Of a DNA stretch of 64,000 nucleotides, positions 10,857 through 25,100 are shown piece by piece. A model generated the notes under the pieces. That model worked only from the letters and a program-made list of their open reading frames with translations, was not told the DNA's origin and searched no databases. Both the position numbers and the translations under genes were made by a program. Numbering within the stretch: position 1 is the first letter of the stretch; the number at the start of each line of letters is the position of its first letter. Origin of the DNA: Narcine bancroftii (lineage: Eukaryota); assembly GCF_036971445.1 (NCBI RefSeq), contig NC_091469.1:267592001-267656000 (forward strand), read 5' to 3'.

Positions 10857-12999
10857 CCTGATGGCACTCCAGGTTGGATTTTTGAACCATCTAGGCAGTG
10901 GTGGGGAGCTGGAAATGTTTTTAATTTCTTTTTGCAGCAGGGAGTCACTAAATTGTGGACTGCTCAGATCCATTAAAGCATCTTCTTATTTCATAGTTCT
11001 TATTTCAACCTGATCAGTTTGTGAAGTTTTTATGGCTTTCTGACACTACTTTAAAACATCAACCCATTTGTGATTAGCAACATTTTGGCTAAAGATCAAC
11101 ATTTTACAATTTGTGACATTTGTGGGCTGAGATTTACTTGTATAATTGCTTCAACCTGGTGCAAGATGAGAGGGCCTTCTGAAGTTGCTGTCATTCAATG
11201 TTTTCAGCATCCTACATAATTTAATACAGAGAGATGATTTGAAAGGAAAAATGAAAGATGAAAAGAAACAAGGGGAGTGAAGAAAAGAAGCAGAGCGAGA
11301 CAAGTGGGAGGAGGGGATAGAAGGCAACAGATAAGACAAATATTGCAAAAACTCCCAAAATAAATTTGGTGATTAGGAAGTGTCTAGGATTTGAATTCAT
11401 TTAAAAAAAATGAAATCTCTGTTACAATCTGCTGAAAAGTTTTTTGTTCAATTTCATTAAGAAGCTGACAAACCATTGATTTTTTTGGTGGGGGGGGGTT
11501 GGGGAACAAGCACCCTGAATAATCATTTGGAATTATATTTTAAACTAAATGGTTAGTAATACAGAGAATTAGCTTTATTCCTAACCTTTGACATTCAACC
11601 AGCTTTAGTTGCATGCAAAGGGTTGGGGGAGGGGGGGCAAAATCTGTTAATCCTGTTTCTGTGATTATCATCATCTTGTTGCCAAGTGCCAATTTTTCTA
11701 AAATGTTCAATTTTCTTAAGTGCTGTAACTGTACAGAGGTGTAATTCATATTTTTTTCCTGCATTTTGTTCTGTACACCACAGAGCTAGTGCTAACAAGG
11801 TGCACCGCCAGCACTTCAGGCAGTTTGAAGCAAATATTTGATGCGCCTTCTTTTCCCTATTTGTGGAATAGAACAATCAACACCACAAGAGTTCTAGTTG
11901 TATTCATTTAGCTCTCCCATTGACAAGGGGACATTTGGGACTTTAACATATATTTTTCAGCTAGCTTTCAAGCATAAGACAGTTGCTTAAGTTGACTGTG
12001 CTGTGACACACAATCCATTAATGATTCTCTTAATAGAACAACTCCATGTGTTCCAGCAACTCTTTAACACACAATGATCCAGACCTATTTTAAGCAGATT
12101 TAGAGTCAATGAATGGTCATCTGCCCTTAAAAGATCAGGTGAAAGCTATCAGACTAAGGTAACCAGTCAATTAAGAAGGCTGAACAAGGTGCACAACCAG
12201 GCTTCAGCTGCAATTGAGCACACAGGTGGTTCAGCAGAAAGCTTTCTGTTGAATAATAGAGTAAAACCTTTGGGGTACATGCCAGATCAGTTTATTTTCT
12301 GGTAGCTTGAGTTTGAGTGTGGCATGATTGGTTAACTCGTGGTGAGGTGTACCAATTTCTGTATCTTTTAACCTATTTATTTTCCTCAATTTATTTTGCC
12401 AGTTACTTGAACTCAGAATAACAGGGATTTTACTGCAAGTTTAGAATGTTTTCTTTTTATAGGACTCCAATTAATCATATTTGCATATTGAAAGTATCAA
12501 TTTGATGAAATAATGATAATTCTATTAATTCCATTTATCACTTTATTTTTCACCTGAGTCCCTGAAAATACATAAATGGAGTTTCCACAAACATTATCGC
12601 AATAACCAACAGTTTTTTTTTCCTCTCCGAGTCAGAATCAACAGGTCAGATCATTTTCAGATACTACATTCAACTTTTCCATCTGTTGCATTTTGGAATT
12701 CTGACAGATCACTGAATGATGCAAGATTTCGTAACGAACAAGTTAGTCAAGTTGTTCGCTTATAGTATTTTGTCACAACCATTGCAGTCATGGGCACCCA
12801 CAAGTGGAAGTGGTACCCTGTGAACTGATTGGCATATGGTCGCTGAAAAATTACGACTGGAGGAAGCACTGGCCTTCCAAATGCTAAGAAAAGGGATGAA
12901 ATTATGCTCATGTTCAGATCAATAATGGAATTGAGGAGACCTATTTTATTCTGGACAATATATTATCCATGATTTTAATCTGTTCACTATGTCTTTCGA

Positions 13000-13092
13000 T
13001 ATCATAATCGAATCTCGATAAAACATTTGACTGATCATTTCTACTGATGGATACTGTCTGAGCCACTGAGTTTCTCTAGCAGCTTGGTTTCT
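13000..13092 (+). mobile_element. Penelope-like terminal-repeat remnant
   Basis: ...GGATACTGTCTGAGCCACTGAGTTTCTCTAGCAGC belongs to the same short family as the copies at 14515, 20590, 33135, 37005 and 38772. Confidence 0.45.
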
Positions 13093-13879
13093 ACAGCAAG
13101 TTATGTATTTCAGGATGTGCAGTGAGTGGTAGCCTTGCCAAAAATACAAATGTCATGAATGAATTTATGAAGATGAGGGCTGAGATCTCGGCCTACAGTG
13201 ATCAACAGGCATATGGTACATCTAGCAGGATGGTGGAGGCATAGACTGTGGAAACATTTAATAATTATTGAATGCTCTGTTCAAAACATTAGCAGAGGTT
13301 GATCAAATAGCTTTTGAAATTGTAGATACTTTTAAAGGCAAAAAAAAAGACTGCCTAGTCAAAACGATATGATTTGGGAATCAATGTGTTAAGAGTCGCT
13401 GCCTGGGTAATGAGTTACAATTTCAACACATTAAGGATGTCGTGAGAAAGAGACATGTGCCTACTGCATTTAATGCTGTTGCTATAGTTTTCCAAATAGT
13501 TTCAAAATCCTCAATGAATTGACAGGCTGAGGGCTTAACAATTATTTACAGGTTATAAACCTAATTAATTAATATGTTTTCAATGTTCATGAAGTCTGTC
13601 TTGCCATAACGTTGAATCCTTCAATTTAACCCACCTCATTTAATTAACTCCTTTGAAAAATGGATGGGGTCACTGAAGAGATAAGCCACATTTTTGTACT
13701 GATGGTGTTTCTTATGTACATTAACAATGTTTCCATAAAATAATTACACTGGCTTCAACTGTTACTTTTTGGGATGCCAGTAGAATGACCAAGGAATCTC
13801 TATAATTTCAAAAGTTATGTATCTTTTGCGAAGCTGATGCTGCACAATCCATATGATTTGCCATAGAATTGAGGTGTTC

Positions 13880-14230
13880 ACAAGATACAGAAGCAGAAGT
13901 AGGCCCATTGGCCCATTGAGCCTGTTCTGCCATTCTAATCCATCCACCCACTCAGCCCCACTCTAGCTTTCTCCCTTAACCCTTGATGTCCCGACTAATC
14001 AAATACCTGTCAATCTCTGCCTTACATACACTCAACAAACTTGCTTCCACAGCAACAAGTTCCACAGACCCTCTGATTAAAGAAAATTTTCTGCATCTCT
14101 GTTTTAAATAGACACCCTTTTATCTAGAAGTTATGTCCTTTTGCCCTGGATTCCCCAACCATGGGAAACATCTTTGCCACATCTACTCTGTCCAGGCCTT
14201 TATCCTTCTGTACTCCAACAAGTACAGAAC
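13880..14230 (-). mobile_element. CR1 LINE 3' fragment
   Basis: CACAAGATACAGAAGCAGAAGTAGGCCCATTGGCCCATTGAGCCTGTTCTGCCATTC tail, followed by decayed ORF2 C-terminal sequence. Confidence 0.7.
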
Positions 14231-14514
14231 ATGAGCCGACAATTATTCTTCATATGCTTATCTGTGTTAGGGAAGAGGTGATTGTAATTTTTAGCTTTAA
14301 TTTAAAAGGCTGTTTCAAATGTGACTCTGGACGTTATATGTCAGATGATTTTTTATTTCCACTGAATTCTCCAATTACCTATCAATGCACAATTTCCATT
14401 GCTACTTCATATGGCATGATCTGCATAAGGCTATCAGAATAAGATGAAATGTTATCTGTGATTATACATTTTCAAGTCTGGCTTTCAGTGAAATTTACAC
14501 TGGGTCAATACAAA

Positions 14515-14636
14515 AACAAGATGCTGTGGATACTTGAAATCTGAAAGGAAAATAGACAATGCTAAGAACACTAAGGTCTGGCAGCATCTCTGGAGAAAAA
14601 AATGTTAACTTTTATGGTCAATGACCTTTCATTACA
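14515..14636 (-). mobile_element. Penelope-like terminal-repeat remnant with degenerate hammerhead-like core
   Basis: TGTGGATACTTGAAATCTG...GGTCTGGCAGCATCTCTGGAG...; the minus strand reads GTAATGAAAGGTCATTGACCATAAAAGTTAAC. Confidence 0.55.
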
Positions 14637-15429
14637 AGTTATTGGAAAACTAGACTGAAGGCAAAAGTGAAGCATGTTGGTTTGTTCCACAGAATATTAT
14701 CAATAAAGAGATGAATGTTGGTTCAGTTTAAAATTACAAGACCACTTTGTAACAACATCCACTGAAAATAGTTTGCAAAGTGTTATTTTTGCAGAAGTTA
14801 TTTGATAGGAAATGTACATATTTTGAAAGCTGCAAAGGAAATGTACAACAGTACTTTGCTTTTAGTCATTAGACAAAAAACCAGCTGCTACCTCACAGCT
14901 TTGTTTGGCTAACATTTTGAGGGTTTTTTTATTTTTTATTTTTTGACAAACTGCTAACTTAGTTTATGCATAAGTTAATGTTTTTGCCATTGTTAATGAC
15001 ATGGTCAAATCTGAGTAGGATCAATTCTTGTAAATATGCAAAGCTCAACTCTTCTCAGTATCACACTGCTAGAATACAAAGCTGCTAACCAAATAACTTT
15101 CCCCTCTGCTTAAATAGCAATATAACCACATGAAAATAAGATCCTTCTCTTCTCTTCTTGTTTATTTTCCCACATAATTTTAATGCAATATGTAATGAAA
15201 TTGTGATTATAACTGACATGAACACTCTCAGAAGCACTTAGGTTGGCTGCCATTTTGTCTGGACTGCAACTGAAAAAGATTTCCTGAGTATAAAAAGGTA
15301 ACAGAGATGTGTTCCAATTCTGGAATGTTATCAAACAGCCTAGAAATCCTTAATTGCCCAAGGTTGATCATTTACCTGAATACTACATACCCATACTCTC
15401 CGCAACCCTTTGAGAAATGTATTTACTTC

Positions 15430-15730
15430 TTTAAAAAATTCCATAACTCAGTCTCCATCGCCCTTTGTGGACTGAGCACTCCTGAGTGAAGAAATCACGC
15501 CCCTTCTCAGTCCTAAATTTCTTGTCCCCGTTACAAAGACAGAGACCCTGTATTCTCCATATCCCAGCCTGGAGAACTTCCATTCCACACCCAGCCTCCA
15601 ACAGAGACTGGTTCCCTGCATTCTCCACACCCCTATTCTGGATCCAGTCTCTCTGTTCTGCCAAAATGTTATGTATTTCAATTAAATTCACTTGTGTTCA
15701 TCAACACATAAGTGAATACAAGCCTAGTTA
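15430..15730 (-). mobile_element. Decayed CR1 ORF2 3' remnant
   Basis: CTCCATCGCCCTTTGTGG...CCTGAGTGAAGAAAT...TCTCAGTCCTAAAT, similar to the other CR1 3' pieces in this window. Confidence 0.5.
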
Positions 15731-16197
15731 ACCTAATATCTGGCCAACAGTAAAGTGACTACGACCACTTCTCCTTGAGAGCTTTTTTTTCCCCCAACGT
15801 ATTTGACTGTCACTCAAAGAATCAATGTACCTTCTATGTTGGTTTTTAAAATGCAATAGCACTAAACACCATGTTTTAACATCTTAGCTCTGAGTACCAT
15901 GCAACATTTGTTACAGCTGCAGACATTTTCAAAAGGAAAAATAACTATATTCATATACTTCATTATTTCACTCAGAAATATCTCATTGAAGCAAATACAA
16001 TCAATTATAGTGATACTACTTCCTATACTACTTCATTGCAATAGAAAGTATTTTACACATATTAATATATGTTTAATTGAGAGGTTTTCTCATCTTTACA
16101 TCATTTCTCATCAAAGATTCATACATTTTCAATATCATACTGCAATGAAAATAGTAAGGTGAACTTTATTTAAATGGCCCACCAACATGGAATAAAT

Positions 16198-16535
16198 CAG
16201 TGGTTTTCAACCTTTTTCTTTCCAATCACATACTGCTTTAAGTAATCCCTATGCCATAGGTGCTCTGTGATTAGTAAGGGATTGCTTAAGGTGGTATGTG
16301 GGTGGAAAGAAAAAGGTTGAAAACTACAGTTTTAGTCGTAGATAATTGGCTCGTTATGTGCACGGTTTCATAACTCCAAAGGAAATGGGCCAATGACAAT
16401 TGGGTCTAGAGCAGTGATTCTCAACTTTCCCTTTCCACTCACATACCACCTCAAAGAATCCCTTACTAATCACATATGGCATAGAGAGTACTTAAAGTAG
16501 TATGTGAGTGGAAAGAAAAAGGTCGAGAATGACTG
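16198..16535. mobile_element. Composite hAT (Charlie-like) MITE, copy 1
   Basis: Perfect 8-bp TSD GAATAAAT (16190-16197 and 16536-16543). TIRs CAGTGGTTTTCAACC / GGTCGAGAATGACTG. Two inverted ~130-bp hairpin units flank a spacer. Confidence 0.92.
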
Positions 16536-19500
16536 GAATAAATCATCAAAACTACCCACAACTAATCAGAAGGGTAAACACTTTGTTTCTTTGCTCTATA
16601 AATTTCTCATTGAAGATTCAATTTTTCAGTCAGGTATTAGCTAAGCAGCCATGTGGTAACAAATGAGAAAAGTACTCGAGTAAATGGCCTTAAAATCAAA
16701 ATAAAACATGAGGTTAAGATTGATCCAAGTCAAAATTGTGAACAGAATTAAACTGAATTAGACTCGGCTGCAAAAGGATACTGCAAAATGCAACATGTTG
16801 GCATTGCAATAGGAGCAGGGAAGGTGTTGGATGAATGATAGTCTGCAAAAGCCTTTTTGAACTCGCAAGGTCTTTATGAAATGGTCATTGATGATTATCT
16901 GCAAAAGAAAACTATTGATGACAATAATATGTTCCATGGATCATTTCTCGCCACCCATCAACACCACAACCTGCATATCCCATCCCAGTCCCTTACATTC
17001 CTGACCATAACTTGTAAAGATATATGATTAGCTTCATAGGAAGTTTACCAGAAAACTATTTTAGAAACCTAGTCTGGAAACTGCCACCAAGTATGTGAAA
17101 GAATGTGAAACTAGAATTCAAATTCCGAGGTTTGAGGTTCCTTATGTTTTTTTTTCTGGAGCAACAATCTCTTGGGGTCCCAATCATTTCCTGGTACAAA
17201 CACATCCTCTTTCCCCCTCCTCTCATTTGTACAAGTGCCCAGTTATTTCAAAGATACCCTTGTAAAGACGTCTGAATTGCACCCGTTGATCTAACAGTTT
17301 TGTCTGGCATTGATGAGGAAATCTAAACATAAACTTCACAACAAGCAGAACTGAGGGCATAGCTATGCACTGTATATTTGTTTTCTGAGAAAGGAATTTA
17401 CTGCTTGAAGCAAACAAATGAGTACATCTACCACAGGCAATGGAGATCTGAATGATAAGGCTACTACTAATAGGATAATGTTTGGAAGATTTTTGTGTTG
17501 TTCGAGATTAGGGTTTCAGAACTGCAAATTGAAGTATTTTATATTTGGTTGTAAGGCTAACATTAAATACAAAGTTTGCTTTACCCAAGCCACGTAGCTT
17601 AAGCCTTGCAACAAATCTTAACCCCAGCCTCAAGAAAGTACTCTTGACCGTGCAAGTGTGACATTTCCATTTCCCATGCCAGTGCCTCAGAGATAAATCC
17701 ACTATCATCAGCTGGAAACTGAGTTAAGAATGTCATTTTTTTTCAATGACTAACAATAAAAGAAAAGATTTAAATCCACTGATATATTTTGATAAAGTAG
17801 TTAGCGAAATACACCTTCTGGGATTTGTAAACACTACAGTACATAAACGGATGATCTGTGTTGCAAAATTTGAACATTTGGGTGTCAGAATATTCAGGTT
17901 TAATATGATGAATGAAATTTTGTTTGTGCTGGTCAACTAAAGGTAACTTGAGATAATCATTGTTAATTCACTTTTTAACTTGATTTACAATTAACTCAAA
18001 TTGCAATTAATTCAAACCCATTGCGATCTATGTACTTACTTATCACCGATTTCCATTTTTAGCCGATATTTTGAGGAGTGTGATGATGATGACGTAAATG
18101 CTGATTTCATACTTGGAACACCTCAAGGTGGAGCTATCTATGCAACAGGCCCTCTTTTCTATCTCTTCACCACTGTTTCTTTCTGTTCTTAATCTTTACT
18201 TCACTATCTCTGGCTTAGTCTGTTTTCTGTCTGAGTCGTATTCTCTATATATCCCATTATCTATTTCTCCATATGTTTTTCTGTCTGTCTCACTCTCTGA
18301 ACTTTGTATTACTATGCACTCCTTTCTATAACTCTGTCTTGCACTCAATGTCCAGACATACTATTAGTTTTCCATTCTGTATGCCTTTCCTATTTCAGAA
18401 TCTGTTGTATTTTCTGGGGTTCTTTTTCCATTGCCTACCATATGGACACTATTACTTTCCATTGCTTATTTTCTGTCCTTCATACACGACATTTCTTTAA
18501 TCTAAATCTCTGCAAATTTTCCATCTGCATTTCCACATTTTGGATAACTTTAAGATTAATTATGACCTCCCAGTTATAGTCAGCACACTGTTTTGTTCAG
18601 GAGATGATCCTTTAATGTCTTAACCATAAAAAACACATGGCATGCAGAGTTGCATTGCTGTGTACTGTGCATGAAAAAGTAAATTAAACTTTAATAGCTG
18701 TTATTCTGTAGTCACATAATTTTTTAAAATTATTTTATGGGCACACAAATTAACTATGCATTGTTACACTAAATCTGGGAGTTCGCGAACAGGTCAGTAA
18801 ATTTAACTAATAATTTTAAGGCCCCACTGGTAAAATATTAATTTTGTTTAAAAATCAAACATCCTGAATAGATGTTAACCAGACACATCCTGTTCGGAGG
18901 CTTTAATAAAGAAAAGCACATCTCACAGCTACTGTACATCATTTTAATATAACTATTGCCTTAATGTACAATATCAGTTAACAAATATTTCAAGAATTAC
19001 AAGCTCCAAAAAAAAAGAGTTATTCCTGACAACAAATTCCATTTTTGTCCTGACTAATGGATGTCAGAGTAATATGCATTCCTTGGCTCTTGAATTTTGC
19101 ATTCTGAATTTATATTTCTGGTTTCCCGTGGATGATACTCTCCAAAAATCACAATAAAGCATTTTATTGTAATGGGACTGATTTCACTGAGAAAGTATTT
19201 GTAGAAAGACAACCATCATAATGCTGGGGGGGAGGTGTGAAAGATGGGGAGGTGAGTAGCTCATAAATGTAATTCCAGGACTGTCCAGGACAACAATTAA
19301 TGCATCAATACAGATTAGGGATTTAACATGTATGCAACATGCTGAATTAAACAGTTCCTTTTTTAATTTCTCAACCTGCACCAGAAATTCTTGTTGGTGG
19401 AGGTGCGGGGGGTGGGGGGGGGTGGTGGAATTGGCAAAACAAATGTGTCAGTGGGTGTCATTTCACTGAGTTATGGGGAAAACATAAACCAATGCAAAAA

Positions 19501-20589
19501 GTCTCCAGTTACCTGTAATTGTGAAAAAAACGAGCTTGTCCGTGGGCTAAACTAAAAATTTTGTTTGGCATAGTTGACTTTTACTATTTTTCATAGCTGG
19601 TTTTATAGGCCAACATGGAGAGCCAATCCAATCAAACCTCATTAACGCATAATGCTACAGTGCTTAACCCTAACCCTGTACAACGAACCAGCATTATAAT
19701 AACAACAAATATTTTAATATATTTCTACTCATTAACAGGACTGCAGGCGCCCTCTGTGGGGGGTGGGGAAGTGAGGAGGAGAGTGGAGGTGGTAAGAATT
19801 TTGGAGTCCTTTACTTTTCTTCCTAGAACATTATTGTACTCACTTTAGTGGCTGTATTTGAACTGCTTTGGAATGCACCATTTGTGAGTTGCATTCTCTT
19901 TTCCTTTATCAACCCCTCCCCACCAAATCACCACCCAGACGTCAGAGGCTCTCATGCAGAACAACCTTATTTTTTATGGTCATATTGATTAGATTAAAGC
20001 TGTTATTCATTAGGCAGTTACACAGGTTAGCAGGTTCAATGCCAGTGGAATTTTTTTTATGATCTCTGCTTTTCCTTCAAAGGCTGCTTGCCAATTTGTG
20101 GGTCAGGAAGTCCTTTGCAGTGGATTTCTCAAAAGACCACCAGCTGTCATTCTGTCAGGATAAGCTGGATAATGTCAGTTCCCTATTTTCATACCCCACC
20201 AACCTACCCACCTCCCCATTCATTCCACCTGAATGAACACCTTCTCTGTTGCAGAGATTGTAGAGCAAAAAGTGACCAAAATAATTACCAGAAAGGTAGG
20301 TAAATCATAATGATGGAAAATTGTTGCTGCAGAAGCTTTTGTCCGTTGAGATAGAAATTGTTCTTTTCAATTTTGAACCAAACTAATGAAATTGAATTGT
20401 AAAGTAACTCAGCACAAAATGTTCTTTTTAACATTCTCCCCACTTCTCCACAGTGATGAACATCAGTACTGGTATTCAACTGCACTTAACATCAAAGGTT
20501 ATTTCATTTCCATCCTCACCTATCACATCTCCTACTTTAGAAGCCAGCGCCAGTTGTTCTCCTACCAAGCTAGCACAAGGCAATAAAAC

Positions 20590-20690
20590 TGGTTTAAAAT
20601 TGAAATTATTGAAAGTACTCAACAGTTCAGGCAACACCTCCAGAGAGAGGGAAATTTTATGTTTCAGGTCGATGACCTTGTATCGAAACT
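20590..20690 (-). mobile_element. Penelope-like terminal-repeat remnant with degenerate hammerhead-like core
   Basis: TACTCAACAGTTCAGGCAACACCTCCAGAGAGAG...; the minus strand reads TCGATACAAGGTCATCGACCTGAAAC. Confidence 0.5.
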
Positions 20691-21964
20691 TAACCTTGGC
20701 CCTTCCAGCTTTGCACATCCCAATGTCGCAGCATGAAACACATGCAAACTGAAGTGCTGTGCAAATTCCTGCAGAAATAAACTCAAGACCAGCATAACTC
20801 AGTGTCAGCAGGGCCTCTCAGTGGAGAAATTTGGAGGGATACACAAACCACCTCTAAAAATAGTGGTGTCTCAGGTTGCATTAAAGAATCAAATCAAACT
20901 TTATATGAACAAATTTAATATTTTGGCGTACTTTTGCATATATGAGGTGGAGATTTTTGCACATCTCATTGACTTGAAGTAATCTCACATGACCTACATA
21001 TATATGCAGAAGCTACACCATGAATCTCACAAATAAAAGCTTGGCTGCAGTCGTCAAATTGTCATTCATTTACTGCAGCTGTGTAATCAATGCAATTGTT
21101 CTGGTGACTAACCTCCATCATATAATTGTGTTTATTTACCACCACGATATAAATGTCAAAAATAATGCTCATAAGAAATGTGTAACATTTCCTGTACAGA
21201 CCGTGTAATGAAAAATTACATTTGATTTTATAACATCATCAACTTTATATTATTCTTAGAGTGCCAGTTCCCAGAGATGGGACCCCCATGCCCCATCTAA
21301 ATTGTTTCACTTTGGCAACAAATAAGTCCCATATTACACTGGGGTTTGGCTGACTGCTGCTAGAATTACTGAAACAGTAAGTGAAAGATGCCAGGGCATT
21401 TGTCACTTCACTCCACTGCCTGACTCCACATGAAGCCCAATGGCAAGACTTGAAGGCGCTGACCTTGCGTAGGGTCAGAAGCCCTGCTCATTTGAAAGTG
21501 AATTTCTGACCTGGAGATTAGGAGCTAATGCAGAAATTAACTTTATTTCAATGTCTTTAACCGTTTCTTAGTTTTTCAATTGACTTATAAATAATATTTT
21601 TATTGCTTATAAATAAGATATCTTTTTACCAAATTAGTAAAAAATGTTTTAAGTACCACAATTTTAATTAATTAGATATATTTGAAAATTATACCAGCTT
21701 TGACAAGAGGCGGAGTTTCAATTGCAGGATTGCACCCTGTTAAAATTTCTCAGCGTGCTCCAGTTGTGGTGGGCATCTGGGATGGAAGAACGCAATATCT
21801 CGGTGACAATGAGGCCTCACTAAGCCTCTGCATCCAATTCTCAGGGATGGAGAGTCAGCTCAACCAGCCCTCCACATCTCGATGAAGTGAATGTCAAAGA
21901 CCCTGAGTCATGTCCCAAATTCTGGTCATTATTTTCCACCATGGCAATCAAACATATCAACAAA

Positions 21965-22105
21965 CAAACTGGAATAAGCCACTCAGTCACTTGAGTCTTC
22001 TCCACTTTTCCATAAGACCATGACTGATCTGATCACGACCTCAACTCCACATTCTTGTCTACCCAACTAACCTATTTCCCTGCTTATCAAGAATCTCTCT
22101 GCTGT
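21965..22105 (-). mobile_element. CR1 3'-tail remnant
   Basis: GGAATAAGCCACTCAGTCACTTGAGTC...AAGACCATGACTGATCTGATC...CTCAACTCCACATT. Confidence 0.55.
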
Positions 22106-25100
22106 GATATGACTAAAAGCATATTGTAATAATGTCATAACATTGCTTCACCACAAATATGACCATCCAACTTATGGACCCCCCAGCATAAAAAAAGAGC
22201 TCTCGTTATGTTATGAAATTTGCAAGTCCAATGTACATACCATGCTAATTCCAATAAATGTCAGAACTAGATTTTTCTCCCTTTCCACTTTAAGAAATTA
22301 TTTCTTCTTATCAGTCTAGAGTGCTTTGATGCCATTCATTGCAATAATATGAACTTGCTGCTTCTCTATCAGGTGTATATTTTAAAACTTATGGACCTGT
22401 CAAAATATACTAGACAAAATATGCTTGGGAATTGCACTCTGACTAATTCACCCAGAGAGACCAAAAGAACCTAGAAACCTTGGAGTCCATTCCCAAGACC
22501 CAGTTACCAAAGGTCAAATAATTTACAGCAACATGCTAAATTCAGCAAGGTTAGAAAGACAAATTGAAATGACTGAGAAAGTGAAGAGTCCAACAGCCAT
22601 AAGCCCTAGCAGAGAGAGGCTCCAAGAAATAGTTGTGAAATTCTATCTCTATAGGAGTTGATTGCCAATCAATAAAAATTAGATTTGGATGTTCTATATT
22701 TGAAGAGGAAATTGGCTGTCCTTACAATGTCAATAAAGGGTATATTTTTCTTTGTAGAGTTCTTCGGATGTGGGATACAATATACACTGATAAAATGACA
22801 GGCCAAACTACTCTTAACTCAGCATATATCTCAGGGTCTCTCCATTGATATAAAGGCCCATGTATTTGCATGCGATTGTAAACATTACAAAGTCACCACA
22901 GTTCTCAGAAATAATTTGAAATTTACCTTGCAATGATTCTCCCACATGAACATACAAGAACTACTTGAGCAACCACTGCCCACAACAAACAATGACCACA
23001 ACAAACCTTGCCCTTAATTTGAAGGTCAAATTTGGGATTCTCACTTCAGTAGCTGGCGTATTTGCATTGTCGTGTGTATTCTGTAGCTTCTAAATTTATT
23101 TTGCAAATATTCTAATCTGGAGTTTGGTTTGGACCATATCTTTGCAGCGTCCTCCGCAATAGTTCCAGAATGTCCATCAATATTCCAGTCTGCACATGTA
23201 TTTCTGCTGGCCTATATGATCAATTCAACCTACAACTGCAAGTTGCCAATTCTCCAATATTGTGGTAAAAAGATGGAATAATTGTTCGCAACATGAGGTT
23301 GGTTGTGTTTTCAGCACTCATAGGTGGACCTGTCATCGGCAATCATTTGGTTATTTAAATGGACCTTTAAGTTACACCCTTCCAAGGATACAGCCACCTG
23401 CTTACAAAACAGAGCTCCACCATCTCTAATTCCTCAATTTATATCTTTAGTATTCCTGAGGATATCTCTAACATATATAAATAAATGAAAATGATCCGCT
23501 CCCTCCCAAAGAAAATGACAAATCATAATTCGGATTCATTTCCAGTCTTTGGCTAATCCATGCCTGGTAACTTCTTTCAGAAATTGGGTCTAACATAGGA
23601 CTGCCCTGCAAGTCAATCTTTGATGTTGAAGCATAATGGCTCCTGAAAGAACAGCACTAATACTTAATGTAACATGAAACCAGGGCCCAGCAGAGGGGCT
23701 GTCTGCTGTCAAGAACAAACTGCTTCTCTGCTCCTCTCTGGAGCAGACAAGAGCAAGGGCTGGCAGGGCAGCCGTGCTGTCACTACTTCAGCAGCCAGTA
23801 CTGTGATTAGTGCAAATGGTTCATTTTTTTTCCACATCAGTGTCATCAAAGTGCAGAAATCTTTAACCTTACTGATGATAGCACTACTCTGTGTGCAGTG
23901 CCGAGATAGTCAGCTCCTCTCATGTGCATAATCAACTATTATCCTTCTAAGGAAATAAAATCCATACTTCTCAAATCATGGGGATGTGTTGTCATTATCC
24001 TTGGAAAGGATCATTTGCAGTGCCATGGGAGAGAGTCATGGATGGTGCCTAACTGGATATCTCTATCCATATGAAACATTATCAGAAAATTCAAACTGAG
24101 ATATAGAATGAATGAAACTGATTAGTATTTTTAACAACACATTAGCTGCTAATAATAAGGTTAAGAGCAGATGTCACTAACCTATGTTTGTTTGCTCATT
24201 CCTCTAAAAGGATGATAGTCATCTCTCCATTATCATTATTCAAGTCATATCATCTCAGAGGACATTCCTACCATCCCAGTTTATGAAACTTACTTCCACA
24301 AAGACACCCTTCCATTGCTTTCAATGGGTTACCCCGTGTCATACACATACCTTGCAATGTTCTCACTCCGTTGCCTCAATGCGCACAGTACATCCCTTCT
24401 CATTACTTCTGTGCTGATTACTCAATCCTACCAGCTGCTACCCAACATCCTTTTCAAACAACGTGCTCCAGAAGTATCCAGCCTCGACTCATGTTCCTAT
24501 ATCAGGGTCCAGCTCTTAGCACGAATCTGAAGCATCCCCTTGTACATTCTCCCACACACCTCTTTCCCACTCTATAACATAAGTTAATTATTACACAGTA
24601 ATAATAACTGACAAGTGCTTAGTTTATTTAAATAAAATGATACTCTCCATTATATTTATAGAGATATTGAGTAATTTAAGATAACTAGATTAGTGGCTTC
24701 AACAAAATAGCATACAAAGTCACTTCGTGCAAACACATGCTAATATCACACTGTCATTTCCAGGCCATAGAGAATAACAGATGGCTGGGAGTTTATTACA
24801 CAGCTGTCAACACAATCAAGGTACTAGGTGGAAAAAGTATGATTGGGAACCTTGAGCTATTTATCGTATTATCTGAACCCCTTGAATGAATCGCAAAATC
24901 TCTCGTATATAGAATTCTAATCTGTAAAATTAATTATCTAAATTTCAAAATTTTTACTGTTTGAGAGTCATTCCACCTAACTTTTGTTTAATTTTTCCTC
25001 TCTGTTTTACTCTGTAGAAAGAGATTTAAAAAGTATTGTGATGCCAGGGTTTTTGTTTTACATCTGACAGCAGTAAATAAAGGGGTAACACTTACTCGGG

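Noticed and set aside
19666-19678. Telomere-like TAACCCTAACCCT
   Set aside because: Only two units; not an interstitial telomeric array.
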